A stretch of 64,000 nucleotides of DNA from positions 2,392-66,391 of the forward strand of contig DYFQ01000006.1 in the NCBI GenBank assembly GCA_020725105.1. Reading direction: 5' to 3'. This document shows positions 29,625 to 39,513 of this stretch, in pieces (the stretch's first letter is position 1; each line of letters opens with the position of its first letter). The DNA comes from Symbiobacterium thermophilum. GTDB taxonomy: Bacteria > Bacillota > Sulfobacillia > DYFQ01. The position numbers and the translations under genes are program-made. A model generated the notes under the pieces. That model ran no database searches, was not told the DNA's origin, and saw only the letters and a program-made list of their open reading frames with translations.

Positions 29625-30367
29625 GCGGTGGCGCGGTCATCGTGGTCGCTCATGGCCCCCTGGGACCCAGGGACCGCTACCGGCCGTGGCTGGCGCCGGG
29701 GGCCAGAGTGGTCGCGGCCGACGGAGGGGCCCACAACGCCCTTGCCCTGGGCCTTCAGCCTGACTGGGTCGTCGGCGACCTGGACTCTCTATCCGCGGTC
29801 GCCGGGACCCGGCTGCTCGAGGCTGGCGTCCCCTTCCGGCAACTCCCGCGGGCCAAGGACTGGACCGATCTAGAGGTCGCCCTCGAGGTGGCCCTCAGCC
29901 TGGCCCCGAGCCGCCTGGTCCTCGTGGCCGGCCTGGGCGGGCGCCTGGACCATACCCTGACCAACCTCCAGTTCTTGCCGGGCCTGGCCCGGCGCGGGCT
30001 GGACCCGGTGGCTCTCGGGCCGGCCGGCATCGTCCGGGTCGCCGTGGCGGGCCGGCCGGTCGGGGTGGAGGCTCGCCACGGCCGGCTGGTCTCCCTGGTG
30101 CCCCTGACCGGCCGGGTGACCGGGGTGCGGGCGACTGGCTTCAGGTGGCCGCTGGAGGGCGCCAGCCTGGCCTGGGGCCGGTCGCTGGGGGTCTCCAACG
30201 AACTGGTGGCCGCCGGGGGCCAGGTTGAGGTCGGACGGGGAGCCCTCCTGGTGATCCAGCCCTGGCCCGGCGGCGAAGGGGAGACGGAGGTGGCCTGGGC
30301 GGAAGAAGAAACGGCCGTGCCGTCAGAACTGGATCCGGTGCCGGCGCCGGTGAATGCCGAGGAGTAG
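29621..30367 (+). CDS. Thiamine pyrophosphokinase
   Basis: VVAADGGAH...VVGDLDS...DWTDLE...GGRLDHTLTNL are TPK catalytic and thiamine-binding motifs; overlaps thiT by 4 nt. Confidence 0.75.
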   Translation: MSGGAVIVVAHGPLGPRDRYRPWLAPGARVVAADGGAHNALALGLQPDWVVGDLDSLSAVAGTRLLEAGVPFRQLPRAKDWTDLEVALEVALSLAPSRLVLVAGLGGRLDHTLTNLQFLPGLARRGLDPVALGPAGIVRVAVAGRPVGVEARHGRLVSLVPLTGRVTGVRATGFRWPLEGASLAWGRSLGVSNELVAAGGQVEVGRGALLVIQPWPGGEGETEVAWAEEETAVPSELDPVPAPVNAEE

Positions 30368-31504
30368 TCCGACGGCCGCCGCCTTGGTGACCATGGAGGA
30401 ACCCCCATAGCTCATGAACGGCAGGGGGATCCCGGTGATGGGCATGATCCCCAGGGTCATGCCCACGTTGACCATGACCTGGAAGGCGAGCATCGACACG
30501 ATGCCCCCGGCCAGCAGGGTGCCCAGCCGGTCACGGGCCCTGGCGGCGATCCACAGCCCGCGCCACATGAACACGAAGTACAGGAGCAGGAGCAGGGCGG
30601 CGCCGGCGAAGCCCAGTTCCTCGCCGATGACCGAGAAGATGAAGTCCGTGTGCTGTTCGGGCAGAAAGTTCAGCTGGGTCTGGGTTCCCTGGAAGAGTCC
30701 CCTACCCCAGAGCCCGCCGGACCCGATGGCGATCTTGGACTGGGCCAGGTGGTAGCCCGCCCCCTGCAGGTCAAAGGAGGGGTCGGCGAAGACGATCAGC
30801 CGGTTGACCTGGTACTCGCGAAGGGGTAGCGGCACCAGCCCCAGCCGGGGCAGGTCGAGGAAAGCCCGGCCGGCCACCGCAACCCCGTACCGTAAGTACA
30901 GCAGGGTCAACCCGGCCGCTCCGCCAAGGGCGGCTCCGGCCAGGGCGGCCAGGGGCTTCCACGCCGCCCCGCTGAGAAACAGCACGCCGAAGACGATGCC
31001 CACGAAGACCATGGCTGTCCCCAGGTCCGGCTGGAGCAGGATGAGCGCCATGGGCAGCGCGACGTGCACAAAGGGCGGGATGAACTCGTAGAGCCGGCGG
31101 ATGGGCTCCTCGCGCCGGGCCAGCTGGCTGGCCAGGGTGAGGATGATGACCAGCTTGGCAAGCTCGGAAGGCTGAACGGGCACGGGGCCCAGCGTGAGCC
31201 AGCGCTCGGCACCCTTGGTCTGCTGCCCGACCAGGAGAACGGCCACCAGCAGGCCCAGGTTGGCCACGTAGAGGACGGTGGCCAGCCGGGCCAGTTCCTC
31301 GTAGTGGATGAGGGCGACGGCGATCATGACCGCCAGCCCCAGCCCGATCCACAGCAGTTGCCGCTTCAGGTAATAGGCCGGGTCGCCGTTGACGGGAGCC
31401 ATGTGGCTCGCGCTGTAGACCACCACGGCGCTGGTGGCCATGAGGGCCAGCGTCACGGCGATGAGCAGGTAGTCCAGGTTTCGCCAGAACCGCCGGGCGG
31501 TCAA
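30323..31504 (-). CDS. rodA: Rod shape-determining protein RodA (SEDS family)
   Basis: MTARRFWRNLDYLLIAVTLALMATSAVVVYSAS...; 10-TM SEDS protein directly after minE. Confidence 0.85.
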   Translation of the reverse strand: MTARRFWRNLDYLLIAVTLALMATSAVVVYSASHMAPVNGDPAYYLKRQLLWIGLGLAVMIAVALIHYEELARLATVLYVANLGLLVAVLLVGQQTKGAERWLTLGPVPVQPSELAKLVIILTLASQLARREEPIRRLYEFIPPFVHVALPMALILLQPDLGTAMVFVGIVFGVLFLSGAAWKPLAALAGAALGGAAGLTLLYLRYGVAVAGRAFLDLPRLGLVPLPLREYQVNRLIVFADPSFDLQGAGYHLAQSKIAIGSGGLWGRGLFQGTQTQLNFLPEQHTDFIFSVIGEELGFAGAALLLLLYFVFMWRGLWIAARARDRLGTLLAGGIVSMLAFQVMVNVGMTLGIMPITGIPLPFMSYGGSSMVTKAAAVGLLLGIHRRRHRIQF

Positions 31505-31960
31505 GGTCTGCTCCTTTCCAGCCGCCGGACGGGAACGGTGACCACCAGGTTGACGGCGCCCCGGCGGCTACCCAGCTCGACCTGGAGCCCCGGCTCGCCT
31601 ACGTCCACGTACCGGGACGCCACCGCCAGCAGATCGGCTTTCAAGCTCTCCAGCAGCACGGGCGCCATGGCCGCCCTGTCGTAGGCGACCACCATCCGGA
31701 GCCGCCTGGCGGCCACCGTGGCCGAGCGGCCCGCCCGTCCCCCGACCCAGGCCAGGAAAGCGGCCCTCTTCCGGGTGCCCCGCGGGCCTGCCCGGCGTTC
31801 CCGCGACCGGCGCCAGAGACCGGGTCCCCGGGCAAGGCCGGCAGCGGCCCGGGCCAGGTACGCCGTGATCCGCGCCAGGCGGGTCCTGGTCCGCGCCAGG
31901 CGTGCCGCCAGCCGCCATCCGGCAAGCCGGTCGCGCACCGCCCGCCACAAGGGTACCACC
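31501..31960 (-). CDS. minE: Cell division topological specificity factor MinE; conserved core 31501-31780, start uncertain
   Basis: RKRAAFLAWVGG...ARRLRMVVAYDRAAMAPVLLESLKADLLAVASRYVDVGEPGLQVELGSRRGAVNLVVTVPV aligns with E. coli MinE (LDFFLSRKK...ERLQIIVAERR...DILEVICKYVQID). No ATG/GTG/TTG near the expected start; GTG codons only occur immediately after the minD stop. Confidence 0.6.
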
Positions 31961-32764
31961 TCAGCCTGCTCCCAGACCCAGGACCCGGCGCAGCCGGCTC
32001 CAGAAGCCGGGCGGGGCGGTCTCGGCCAGGGGGACCGCCTCACCGGCCAGCCGCCGGGAGATGTCCCGCATGGCCTGGGCGGCCGGGGAGTCCTGTCGCA
32101 TGATGGCCGGCTCGCCCCGGTTGGTGGCGATGACGACCCGCTCGTCCTCGGGCACGAACCCCAGCAGGTCCACCGCCAGGATGTCCACCACGTCGTCGAC
32201 GTCCATCATCTCGCCGCGGCGCACCAGGTCGGTGCGGACCCGGTTCACGACCAGCCGCGGCTCGCCCAGCCCCTCGGCCTCCAAGAGCCCGATGATCCGG
32301 TCGGCGTCGCGGACCGCGGCCACGTCGGGCGTGGTGACGATGACCGCCGCGTCGGCGCCGGCCACCGCGTTCCGAAACCCCTGCTCAATCCCGGCCGGGC
32401 TGTCGATGAGGACGACGTCGAACTCCTGCTTGAGTTCCTTGCACAGCCGCTCCATCTGCTCCGGGCTGACGGCGCTCTTGTCCTTGGTCTGGGCCGCGGG
32501 CAGAAGGTGCAGTCCCTCGAAGCGCTTGTCCTTGATCAGGGCCTGCTTCAGTCGGCAAAAGCCGTCGACCACGTCGACGATGTCGAAGACGATGCGGTTT
32601 TCCAGCCCCAGCACCACGTCGAGGTTGCGCAGGCCGATGTCGGCGTCCACCAGGACGGTCCGCTTGCCCAGCAAGGCAAGGCCGGTGCCCAGATTCGCCG
32701 TCAGGGTGGTCTTGCCCACGCCCCCCTTGCCCGAAGTGATGACGATCGCCGTGGGGCCATCCAT
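31961..32764 (-). CDS. minD: Septum site-determining ATPase MinD
   Basis: MDGPTAIVITSGKGGVGKTTLTANLG (deviant Walker A). Confidence 0.9.
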   Translation of the reverse strand: MDGPTAIVITSGKGGVGKTTLTANLGTGLALLGKRTVLVDADIGLRNLDVVLGLENRIVFDIVDVVDGFCRLKQALIKDKRFEGLHLLPAAQTKDKSAVSPEQMERLCKELKQEFDVVLIDSPAGIEQGFRNAVAGADAAVIVTTPDVAAVRDADRIIGLLEAEGLGEPRLVVNRVRTDLVRRGEMMDVDDVVDILAVDLLGFVPEDERVVIATNRGEPAIMRQDSPAAQAMRDISRRLAGEAVPLAETAPPGFWSRLRRVLGLGAG

Positions 32765-32787
32765 GGCTTCCGTCTCCTCTCCAGGCG

Positions 32788-33315
32788 CTACCCGCCCCCG
32801 CCCGGCGGGGCCGGGAAGGGCTCGATGACCACCATGCCGTCGCGAAGCCTGGCGATCTCAGGCCCTTGGGCCGCCGAGCGGCGGTCGGCGTCGGGAGCGC
32901 CACCCGGCCTGTCGGGTGACCGGGCCACGGTCGGGCCTATCCGAAGCTGCGTCGCCTGCAGGCGGTGGGCGTAGACCACCGCGCCGGGCGTGTCCATGGC
33001 GCCCGCGTGGGCCAGCCCGCGCAGGGCGCCCACGACGATCACGTCGCCCCCCGCCACGACCCGGGCCCCGGCGTTGACATCCCCCAGCACCACCACGTTG
33101 CCCGGGTACCGCACTTCCTGACCGCAACGGAGCGTCTTTCTGACCAGCAGGGTGCGTTCGTCCGCCCACGCCGCCTCGAACGTGCCCGCCTGTCCGGCCG
33201 CCTGCCCGGTCCGGGACGCCCCCGCGGACGGAGTCCCGCCAGCCTCGCCGGCGTCCCCGGGCGGTCTCGCTCCCGCCGGCTGCCGACGCCTGGACCGCAC
33301 CACCCTGAGGTTCAA
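32788..33315 (-). CDS. minC: Septum site-determining protein MinC; only the C-terminal beta-helix domain is recognisable
   Basis: GQEVRYPGNVVVLGDVNAGARVVAGGDVIVVGALRGLAHAG is the MinC C-terminal domain; the preceding 70 aa are low-complexity. Confidence 0.7.
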   Translation of the reverse strand: MNLRVVRSRRRQPAGARPPGDAGEAGGTPSAGASRTGQAAGQAGTFEAAWADERTLLVRKTLRCGQEVRYPGNVVVLGDVNAGARVVAGGDVIVVGALRGLAHAGAMDTPGAVVYAHRLQATQLRIGPTVARSPDRPGGAPDADRRSAAQGPEIARLRDGMVVIEPFPAPPGGGG

Positions 33316-33462
33316 GTCTCCCGGCCCCCCCGGCTCGGCTTTCGCGGGTCAGGCTGGGCTTCCTTCCACCGCAGCCCGGGACGCGGCCACTTTCGCCCGC
33401 CACCAGCCGGCAACGTTCGCCCGGCCCGACGAACAGGGTCGAGGCCGGCCGAGCCCTGTCGC

Positions 33463-35472
33463 TCAATCCCCCGCCGGCTCGGCAGGAACCTCCACCGGGG
33501 TTACGGGTTGCTCCTCGGCACCGGTTACCGGCTCCCGCAGCCCGAAATACTGAACCAGCACCTCGCGGGCCACCGGCGCCGCCGCGAAGCTGCCGGCCAC
33601 GCCGTGCTCGACCACAACCGCGACGGCGATCTCGGGGTTTTCGAAGGGGGCAAAAGCCACGAACCAGGAGTGTGGCTGCTCTTCCTTGCCGGTGTCGGGG
33701 TCCAGCCGGCCGGCCTGGGCGGTACCGGTCTTGCCGGCCACCTTGACGGGGAAATCCCAGAACAGGTGGGCGGCGGTGCCTGACCCCTCCCGCCCGCCAG
33801 GCTCCATCGCCGCCCGGAGCATCCCCCGGCGGACCTCTTCCAGGACGTCGGGCCGGACGCCGGCCGTGCCCATCACCTCGGGGCCGAACTCGGCGACCAC
33901 CTCACCGCCGGGCCTGACGATTCGCTGGACCAGGTAAGGCCGGTACCGGGTGCCCCCGTTGGCGATGGTAGCCGTGTAGATCGCCATCTGCAGCGCCGAG
34001 TAGTCGTTGAAGCCCTGGCCGATGCCCAGGTTGGCGATCTCCGAGGGGTACCAGCGGGGGTCCGGGTGCCCGAAGCGGGCCTTCGCTCCCTCGTAGGGCA
34101 TGATCCCGACCGCCTCGCCCGGCAACTGGAAACCGGTGGGAATCCCCAGTCCAAAGGCGCTTGCCCAGTCGCCGAAGGGGTCGACCCGCCGCCACTCCCG
34201 GCCGGTGACGGGGTCTCTCGACAGGCGCCGGGCCATCTCGTAGAAGAAGACGTTACACGACACCTTGATGGCCTGCTGGACGTCGACCGGCCCGTGCCCG
34301 TCCTCCTTCCAGTCCCGTTTGCGGTCGCCGGGAACCAGGTAGAAGCCGGGGCAGCTCACCGTCTGCCCGCGCCCGATCAGGCCCTCTTCAAGTGCCGCCG
34401 CGGCCATCACCAGCTTGAAGGTGGAGCCCACCGGGTAGGTGCCGCCCCAGGCCCGCGGGAGCATGGGCCGGAGGGGGTCGCGCTCCAGGGACCTGTAGTA
34501 CTCGGCCCGCTGGTCGGAAACCAGAAGGTTTGGGTCGAACCCGGGAACCGACGCCATGGCCAGCACGGCGCCGGTGCGGACGTCCAGGGCCACCACGGCG
34601 CCGGCCCGGGCGTTGGGCGACCGGTACTTGGGGTTGGGGTGCTCCTGAAGCTTGACAAGAATGTCCCGGAGGGCGGCTTCGGCCACCTGCTGTAGCGCCG
34701 CGTCCAGGGTCAGCACCAGGTCGTGGCCGGGTACCGGGTCCTCCTGGCCTTGCTCCTCGACCAGGCGGCCGCGGGCGTCCACCACCACCCGCCGGGCGCC
34801 CTTCTCGCCTCGCAGGTGCTCGTCGAAGACGCCCTCGATCCCCGACTGCCCGATCACGTCGCCCATCCGGTAGCCGCCCTGGCGGTAGCGGGGCAGTTCC
34901 AGCTGGGCCCGGCTGATCTCGCCCAGAAAGCCGATGACGTGGGCGGCGGACGCGCCGTAAAGGTAGTCGCGGACGGGCTGGACCTCGACGAAGACCCCGG
35001 GGAGTTCGAGCTTTCGCTCCTCGATGAGGGTGTGCAGCCGGGGATCGATGTCGGTCCGGAGCCTGACCGGCTCGAAGAGACGGCCCTCGGCCGCCTGCTG
35101 GTCGATCCGGGCCCTGATCTCCTCGGGGGTCATGTCCAGCAGCGGCGCCAGTCGCTGGATGAGGGGCTCCAGTTCCGCCCGGTTGTGCTTCAGCACCAGC
35201 AGCGACACGTGCCAGGCCGGCCGGGTCGTCACCAGCACCCGGCCGGTCCGGTCATACATGGTGCCCCGGGGCGCCAGGAGGGGGTACAGGCGGACGGAGT
35301 TGACCTCCGCCCGGCGCTGGAAGTACTGCTGCTGCGCGATCTGCAGCCTCGCCAGCCGGCCGACCAGCACCAGGAACATGAGGGCCAGCACCCCGGAAAA
35401 GAAGGCCAGACGCCGGTTCGGCCGCTCTTCCCCGGTCCTGGGCCGGATGCCGACCGTCAGATCTCCAGCCAC
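33463..35472 (-). CDS. mrdA: Penicillin-binding protein 2 (class B transpeptidase, MrdA/SpoVD-like)
   Basis: 669 aa; N-terminal TM, PBP dimerisation domain, transpeptidase STFK and KTGTA motifs. Confidence 0.85.
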   Translation of the reverse strand: MAGDLTVGIRPRTGEERPNRRLAFFSGVLALMFLVLVGRLARLQIAQQQYFQRRAEVNSVRLYPLLAPRGTMYDRTGRVLVTTRPAWHVSLLVLKHNRAELEPLIQRLAPLLDMTPEEIRARIDQQAAEGRLFEPVRLRTDIDPRLHTLIEERKLELPGVFVEVQPVRDYLYGASAAHVIGFLGEISRAQLELPRYRQGGYRMGDVIGQSGIEGVFDEHLRGEKGARRVVVDARGRLVEEQGQEDPVPGHDLVLTLDAALQQVAEAALRDILVKLQEHPNPKYRSPNARAGAVVALDVRTGAVLAMASVPGFDPNLLVSDQRAEYYRSLERDPLRPMLPRAWGGTYPVGSTFKLVMAAAALEEGLIGRGQTVSCPGFYLVPGDRKRDWKEDGHGPVDVQQAIKVSCNVFFYEMARRLSRDPVTGREWRRVDPFGDWASAFGLGIPTGFQLPGEAVGIMPYEGAKARFGHPDPRWYPSEIANLGIGQGFNDYSALQMAIYTATIANGGTRYRPYLVQRIVRPGGEVVAEFGPEVMGTAGVRPDVLEEVRRGMLRAAMEPGGREGSGTAAHLFWDFPVKVAGKTGTAQAGRLDPDTGKEEQPHSWFVAFAPFENPEIAVAVVVEHGVAGSFAAAPVAREVLVQYFGLREPVTGAEEQPVTPVEVPAEPAGD

Positions 35473-35493
35473 CGGCAGGTCTCCCGTTCCCGG

Positions 35494-35979
35494 CTAATCG
35501 GCCGCCGCCTGCTCCTGGTGCCGCCTGACGCTGGCGGCAATCCGGTAGGCCAGCGGGGAAAAAGCGGCGGTGTACAGGGCGGTCGGGAGCACGTTCTCCG
35601 TCAGCGCCCAGACCGGTCTGAGGACGGGAACCGGCCCCAGGCCGCGCAGGGCCAGGTAGACCAGGCTTTCTCCCGCGGCGGCGGCCATGAAGACCACACC
35701 TATCGGTACCAGCAGGTTTTCCTTGAAGACCCGGGTTTCCACCAAGCCGGCCCCCCACGCCACCAGGCCCTTGGTGGCCAGGTGCAACCCGATGAACTGG
35801 CCGAACGCCAGGTCTTGCAGGGCGCCGGCCACCACGCCGGCCCACAGGCCCTCGCGGCGCCCGAACACCAGCGCCCACCCTACCGCCAGCACGAGCAACA
35901 GGTCGGGAACGACTCCCCGGACGGCCATGGCCGGAGCGGCGGTGGTCTGCAGCACCAGGGTGATCAGGGCCAGCCCCAC
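35494..35979 (-). CDS. mreD: Rod shape-determining protein MreD
   Basis: 161-aa polytopic membrane protein directly after mreC. Confidence 0.8.
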   Translation of the reverse strand: MGLALITLVLQTTAAPAMAVRGVVPDLLLVLAVGWALVFGRREGLWAGVVAGALQDLAFGQFIGLHLATKGLVAWGAGLVETRVFKENLLVPIGVVFMAAAAGESLVYLALRGLGPVPVLRPVWALTENVLPTALYTAAFSPLAYRIAASVRRHQEQAAAD

Positions 35980-36010
35980 AAGGAGGAGCCACCGCTCTTT
36001 CAGGTCCGCG

Positions 36011-36865
36011 TCACCGCCCCTCGGCGTCGGGGAAGTCTGCCAGCGGCTGCCAGCTCACTATGATCAGGACCTCCGTCAGCCGGGCCAGGTCGACAGCCGG
36101 GCGCACGGCGGCGAACCTGACCAGTCCCAGGTGCTCCCGCTCCACCCACGTGACCTCCCCGATGATGAGCCCGGGCGGAAACAGGCCGCCCAGTCCCGAG
36201 GTGACCACCCTGTCGCCCACCGTCACCCGGGCGTCCCGGGAAAACAGGCGAAGCTGCAACTCGTCGGGACGGCCCGGGGCTCCCAGCACCACGCCGGCGT
36301 CCCGGGAGGACTGGATCAGGGCGCCAACTGCCGAGTCGGGATCGGTGAGCAGGAGGACCGTGGCGGTTCGGGCCGAAACCCGGACCACCCGGCCCACCAG
36401 CCGGCCCGCCGCCACCACCGGCATGTCCTTTTTCACCCCGTGGAGCGTGCCCTTGTTGACGGCCAGCCGGTTGAACCAGTTGTCCGGGTTGCGGTAGATG
36501 ACCTCGGCGGCCACGAACTGGTGCTCTCCCCGCTGGGCGAAGCCAAGGAACTCTCGCAGCCGGTGGTTCTCGGCCAGAACCTCCTCCCACTCGGCCTCCA
36601 GGGCGGTCAGGCGTTCCACCTCGGCCCGCAGCCGCGCGTTCTCCGCCAGCAGCGACCGGTACTCGGCTACCAGCCTGGTTCCCGCCTGGATCCGGCTCAC
36701 CACCTCGGACGCCCAGCGCTGGGCGGGGGCCAGGGCGTCCAGGAACCAGGCCTCCAGGCTGGTGAGGCGGTCGCGTTCCCGTGCCGTGAGGCTTGCCAGG
36801 AGCACCACGGCGACCACCGTGACCGCGGAGACCAGGGGCTTCTTGTACCGGGCCAGCACGGACAC
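36011..36865 (-). CDS. mreC: Rod shape-determining protein MreC
   Basis: N-terminal TM plus coiled coil (ENARLRAEVERLTALEAE), C-terminal beta domains. Confidence 0.85.
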   Translation of the reverse strand: MSVLARYKKPLVSAVTVVAVVLLASLTARERDRLTSLEAWFLDALAPAQRWASEVVSRIQAGTRLVAEYRSLLAENARLRAEVERLTALEAEWEEVLAENHRLREFLGFAQRGEHQFVAAEVIYRNPDNWFNRLAVNKGTLHGVKKDMPVVAAGRLVGRVVRVSARTATVLLLTDPDSAVGALIQSSRDAGVVLGAPGRPDELQLRLFSRDARVTVGDRVVTSGLGGLFPPGLIIGEVTWVEREHLGLVRFAAVRPAVDLARLTEVLIIVSWQPLADFPDAEGR

Positions 36866-36928
36866 GCTCTCACCGTCTCTCGGCGACGCGCGGTCCGGCC
36901 GGTGGCCGGGCCCCGGGTTGCCCGGGGC

Positions 36929-37969
36929 TCAGCCGGCCCGGCGAGGGGTGACCAGAATGCGGCGCAGGCTGTCGATTTCCTCCAGCACCTTGCCGGTCCC
37001 CCGGACCACGCACAGAAGCGGCTCCTCCGTCAGCACCACCGGCATACCCGTCTCCTGGCTGACCAGACGGTCCAGCCCGCGCAAGAGCGACCCGCCGCCG
37101 GTCATCACGACCCCCCGGTCCATGATGTCGGCCGCAAGTTCGGGCGGAGTCCGCTCCAGGCACACCCGGATGGCTTCCACGATGGCGGCCACGGGCTCCG
37201 AAAGGGCCCGCTGGATCTCGTCGGCGGTCACCCGCAGCGTCTTGGGTAACCCGGAAACCAGGTCGCGGCCGCGAACGTCCATGCCCCCGTCCTTGTCGTC
37301 CACGGGATAGGCGGAGCCGATCTGGATCTTTATCTGCTCGGCGGTGCGCTCACCGATAGCCAGGTTGTAGGTGCGCTTTACGTAGTTGACGATGGCCTCG
37401 TCCATCTCGTCGCCGGCCACCCGGATGGAGCGGCTGGTGACGATGCCACCCAGGGAGATCACGGCCACCTCCGAGGTGCCGCCGCCGATGTCCACGATGA
37501 GGTTGCCGGTGGGCTCGTGCACCGGCAGGCCGGCGCCGATGGCCGCGGCCATCGGCTCTTCGATCAGATACGCCTCGCGGGCTCCGGCCTGCAGGGTTGC
37601 GTCGATGACGGCCCGCTTCTCCACCTCGGTGATGCCGGTGGGCACGGCCACCACCACCCGCGGCCGTACCAGGGTCCGGCGGGCGTGGGCCTTGGCGATG
37701 AAGTGTTTCAGCATGGTCTGGGTGACCTCGAAGTCGGCGATGACGCCGTCCTTCATCGGGCGGATGGCGATGATGTTGCCCGGGGTCCGGCCGATCATCA
37801 GCTTGGCCTCGTCCCCCACCGCCAGCACCTGCCGGGTCTCCCGCTGCAGGGCCACCACCGAAGGCTCCTGGAGGACGATGCCCCGGCCCTTGACATAGAC
37901 GAGGGTATTGGCCGTTCCCAGGTCCACCCCCATGTCGCGGGAGATGTACCCGTAGATGAACCCCAGCAT
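36929..37969 (-). CDS. mreB: Rod shape-determining actin homologue MreB
   Basis: [29 protein letters not shown]...; the track ORF extends to 37999. Confidence 0.9.
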   Translation of the reverse strand: MLGFIYGYISRDMGVDLGTANTLVYVKGRGIVLQEPSVVALQRETRQVLAVGDEAKLMIGRTPGNIIAIRPMKDGVIADFEVTQTMLKHFIAKAHARRTLVRPRVVVAVPTGITEVEKRAVIDATLQAGAREAYLIEEPMAAAIGAGLPVHEPTGNLIVDIGGGTSEVAVISLGGIVTSRSIRVAGDEMDEAIVNYVKRTYNLAIGERTAEQIKIQIGSAYPVDDKDGGMDVRGRDLVSGLPKTLRVTADEIQRALSEPVAAIVEAIRVCLERTPPELAADIMDRGVVMTGGGSLLRGLDRLVSQETGMPVVLTEEPLLCVVRGTGKVLEEIDSLRRILVTPRRAG

Positions 37970-38042
37970 GACCTGTCTCCTTTCCCGATGGCCCGGCACC
38001 CGCGCGGCCGGGCGCCCCGGGAATCCCGCCCGCGACCTCTGG

Positions 38043-38744
38043 CTAGCCGATCCCCTGCTCGCGAAAGCTCACGTAGCGGTTATCCCCGATGATGATGTGG
38101 TCCAGCACCTCGATGCCCATCAGCTTGCCGACCTCCGTCAGCCGCCGGGTGACCTCCAGGTCTTCCCGGCTCGGGGTCGGATCCCCGCTGGGATGATTGT
38201 GGGCCAGGATGATGGCGGCGGCCGACCGCCGGATGGCCCGCTTGAAAACCTCCCGGGGATGGACGATGGACGAGGCAAGCCCGCCCACGCTCACCGTCTC
38301 AACACCCAGCACCTGGTGTTTGGCGTTCAGCAGCACCACCCGGAACTGTTCCTGGTCAAGGTAGCGCATGTCCTCCATGAGCAGGCTGCCCGCGTCCCGG
38401 GGCGACCTGATGGCCGACCGATCGGCCGCGGTTCCGGCCAGCCGCCGGCCGAGCTCGAGGGCGGCTTTCAACCTGGCCGCCTTGGCCGGGCCCACCCCCG
38501 GCACCTGGGCCAGTTCCGCCAGGGACAGTTCCGCGAGCCGGCGCAGCCCGCCCGAACCGGCGCCGTCTCCCTGCAAGAGTAGCCGGGAAAGGTCCACCGC
38601 CGTCTCCCCGCGCCGGCCGGTGCCCAGGAGCACGGCCACCAGTTCCGCGTCGGACAGGGCCTGCGCCCCGTGTCTGGCCATCCGTTCCCGTGGCCGGTCG
38701 TCGGCGGGTAGCTGTTTCAAGGTGGGTCGGTACCGCAGCGGCAC
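38043..38744 (-). CDS. radC: RadC-like JAB-domain protein
   Basis: [35 protein letters not shown] (HhH) and [18 protein letters not shown] (JAMM motif). Start uncertain: the track ORF extends to 38822, start assumed near GTG ~38744. Confidence 0.8.
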   Translation of the reverse strand: MPLRYRPTLKQLPADDRPRERMARHGAQALSDAELVAVLLGTGRRGETAVDLSRLLLQGDGAGSGGLRRLAELSLAELAQVPGVGPAKAARLKAALELGRRLAGTAADRSAIRSPRDAGSLLMEDMRYLDQEQFRVVLLNAKHQVLGVETVSVGGLASSIVHPREVFKRAIRRSAAAIILAHNHPSGDPTPSREDLEVTRRLTEVGKLMGIEVLDHIIIGDNRYVSFREQGIG

Positions 38745-38840
38745 GCCGCCACCTCCTCCAGAGACCGGGCGGCCACCTGCCTTGCGGGCCTGGCCGCCAG
38801 CCGGCGCCCAGGCCGGACCCACCCTCAGGCCAGCACGGCG

Positions 38841-39420
38841 CTAGCCGAACACCCTCACTCCGAACTCCGACAGAAGGTCCGCCAGGCGGGCCAGGGGCAG
38901 GCCCACCACGTTGAAGTAGTCACCCTCGATCCGCCGGACGAAGACGGCGGCCCGCCCCTGGACCGCGTAAGCTCCCGCCTTGTCCAGAGCCTCTCCGGTG
39001 TCCAGGTACCCCTCCAGGTCGTCGGGGGCGATGGCCCCCATGACCACCCGGGTGGCTTCGACGGCCTGGGCCTCCCGGCCGCTCGCGGGATCCAGCACCA
39101 CCACGCCGGTGTAGACCCAATGGTCTCGTCCAGCCAATCTTCGCAGCATGGACGCTGCCTCCTGCCGGTCAGCGGGCTTGCCCAGGATTTCCCGATCCAC
39201 CACCACGATGGTGTCGGCGGCCACCACCAGGGCGTCCGGCACCCGGGGCGCCACCGCCATGGCCTTCCGGCGGGCCAGCGAAAGCGCAATGGCCTCGGGA
39301 GGCCCGTCCATGCCCGCCAGGTCCTCCGGGACGTCGGGCGCGATCACCTCGAACACGAGCCCCAACTGGCTCAGCAGTTCCTGCCGCCGGGGCGACGACG
39401 AGGCCAGGACCAGCCGCCGG
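38841..39420 (-). CDS. maf: Maf-like nucleoside triphosphate pyrophosphatase
   Basis: LVLASSSPRRQELLSQLGL...; start uncertain, the track ORF extends to 39539. Confidence 0.8.
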
Positions 39421-39513
39421 AACCCGAAATGGCCGGCCGCCAGGGCGCCGCTGGAAGAACTGGCATGATCAGGATGACCCACGGGAGCAGGCCTTATGCA
39501 GCCCGCAGGCCGG

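Noticed and set aside
32858-33466. 202-aa minus-strand ORF overlapping the minC upstream region as a candidate MinC N-domain
   Set aside because: Different frame from the MinC C-domain and Arg/Gly-rich with no resemblance to MinC N-domains. A frameshift cannot be excluded, but nothing supports it.
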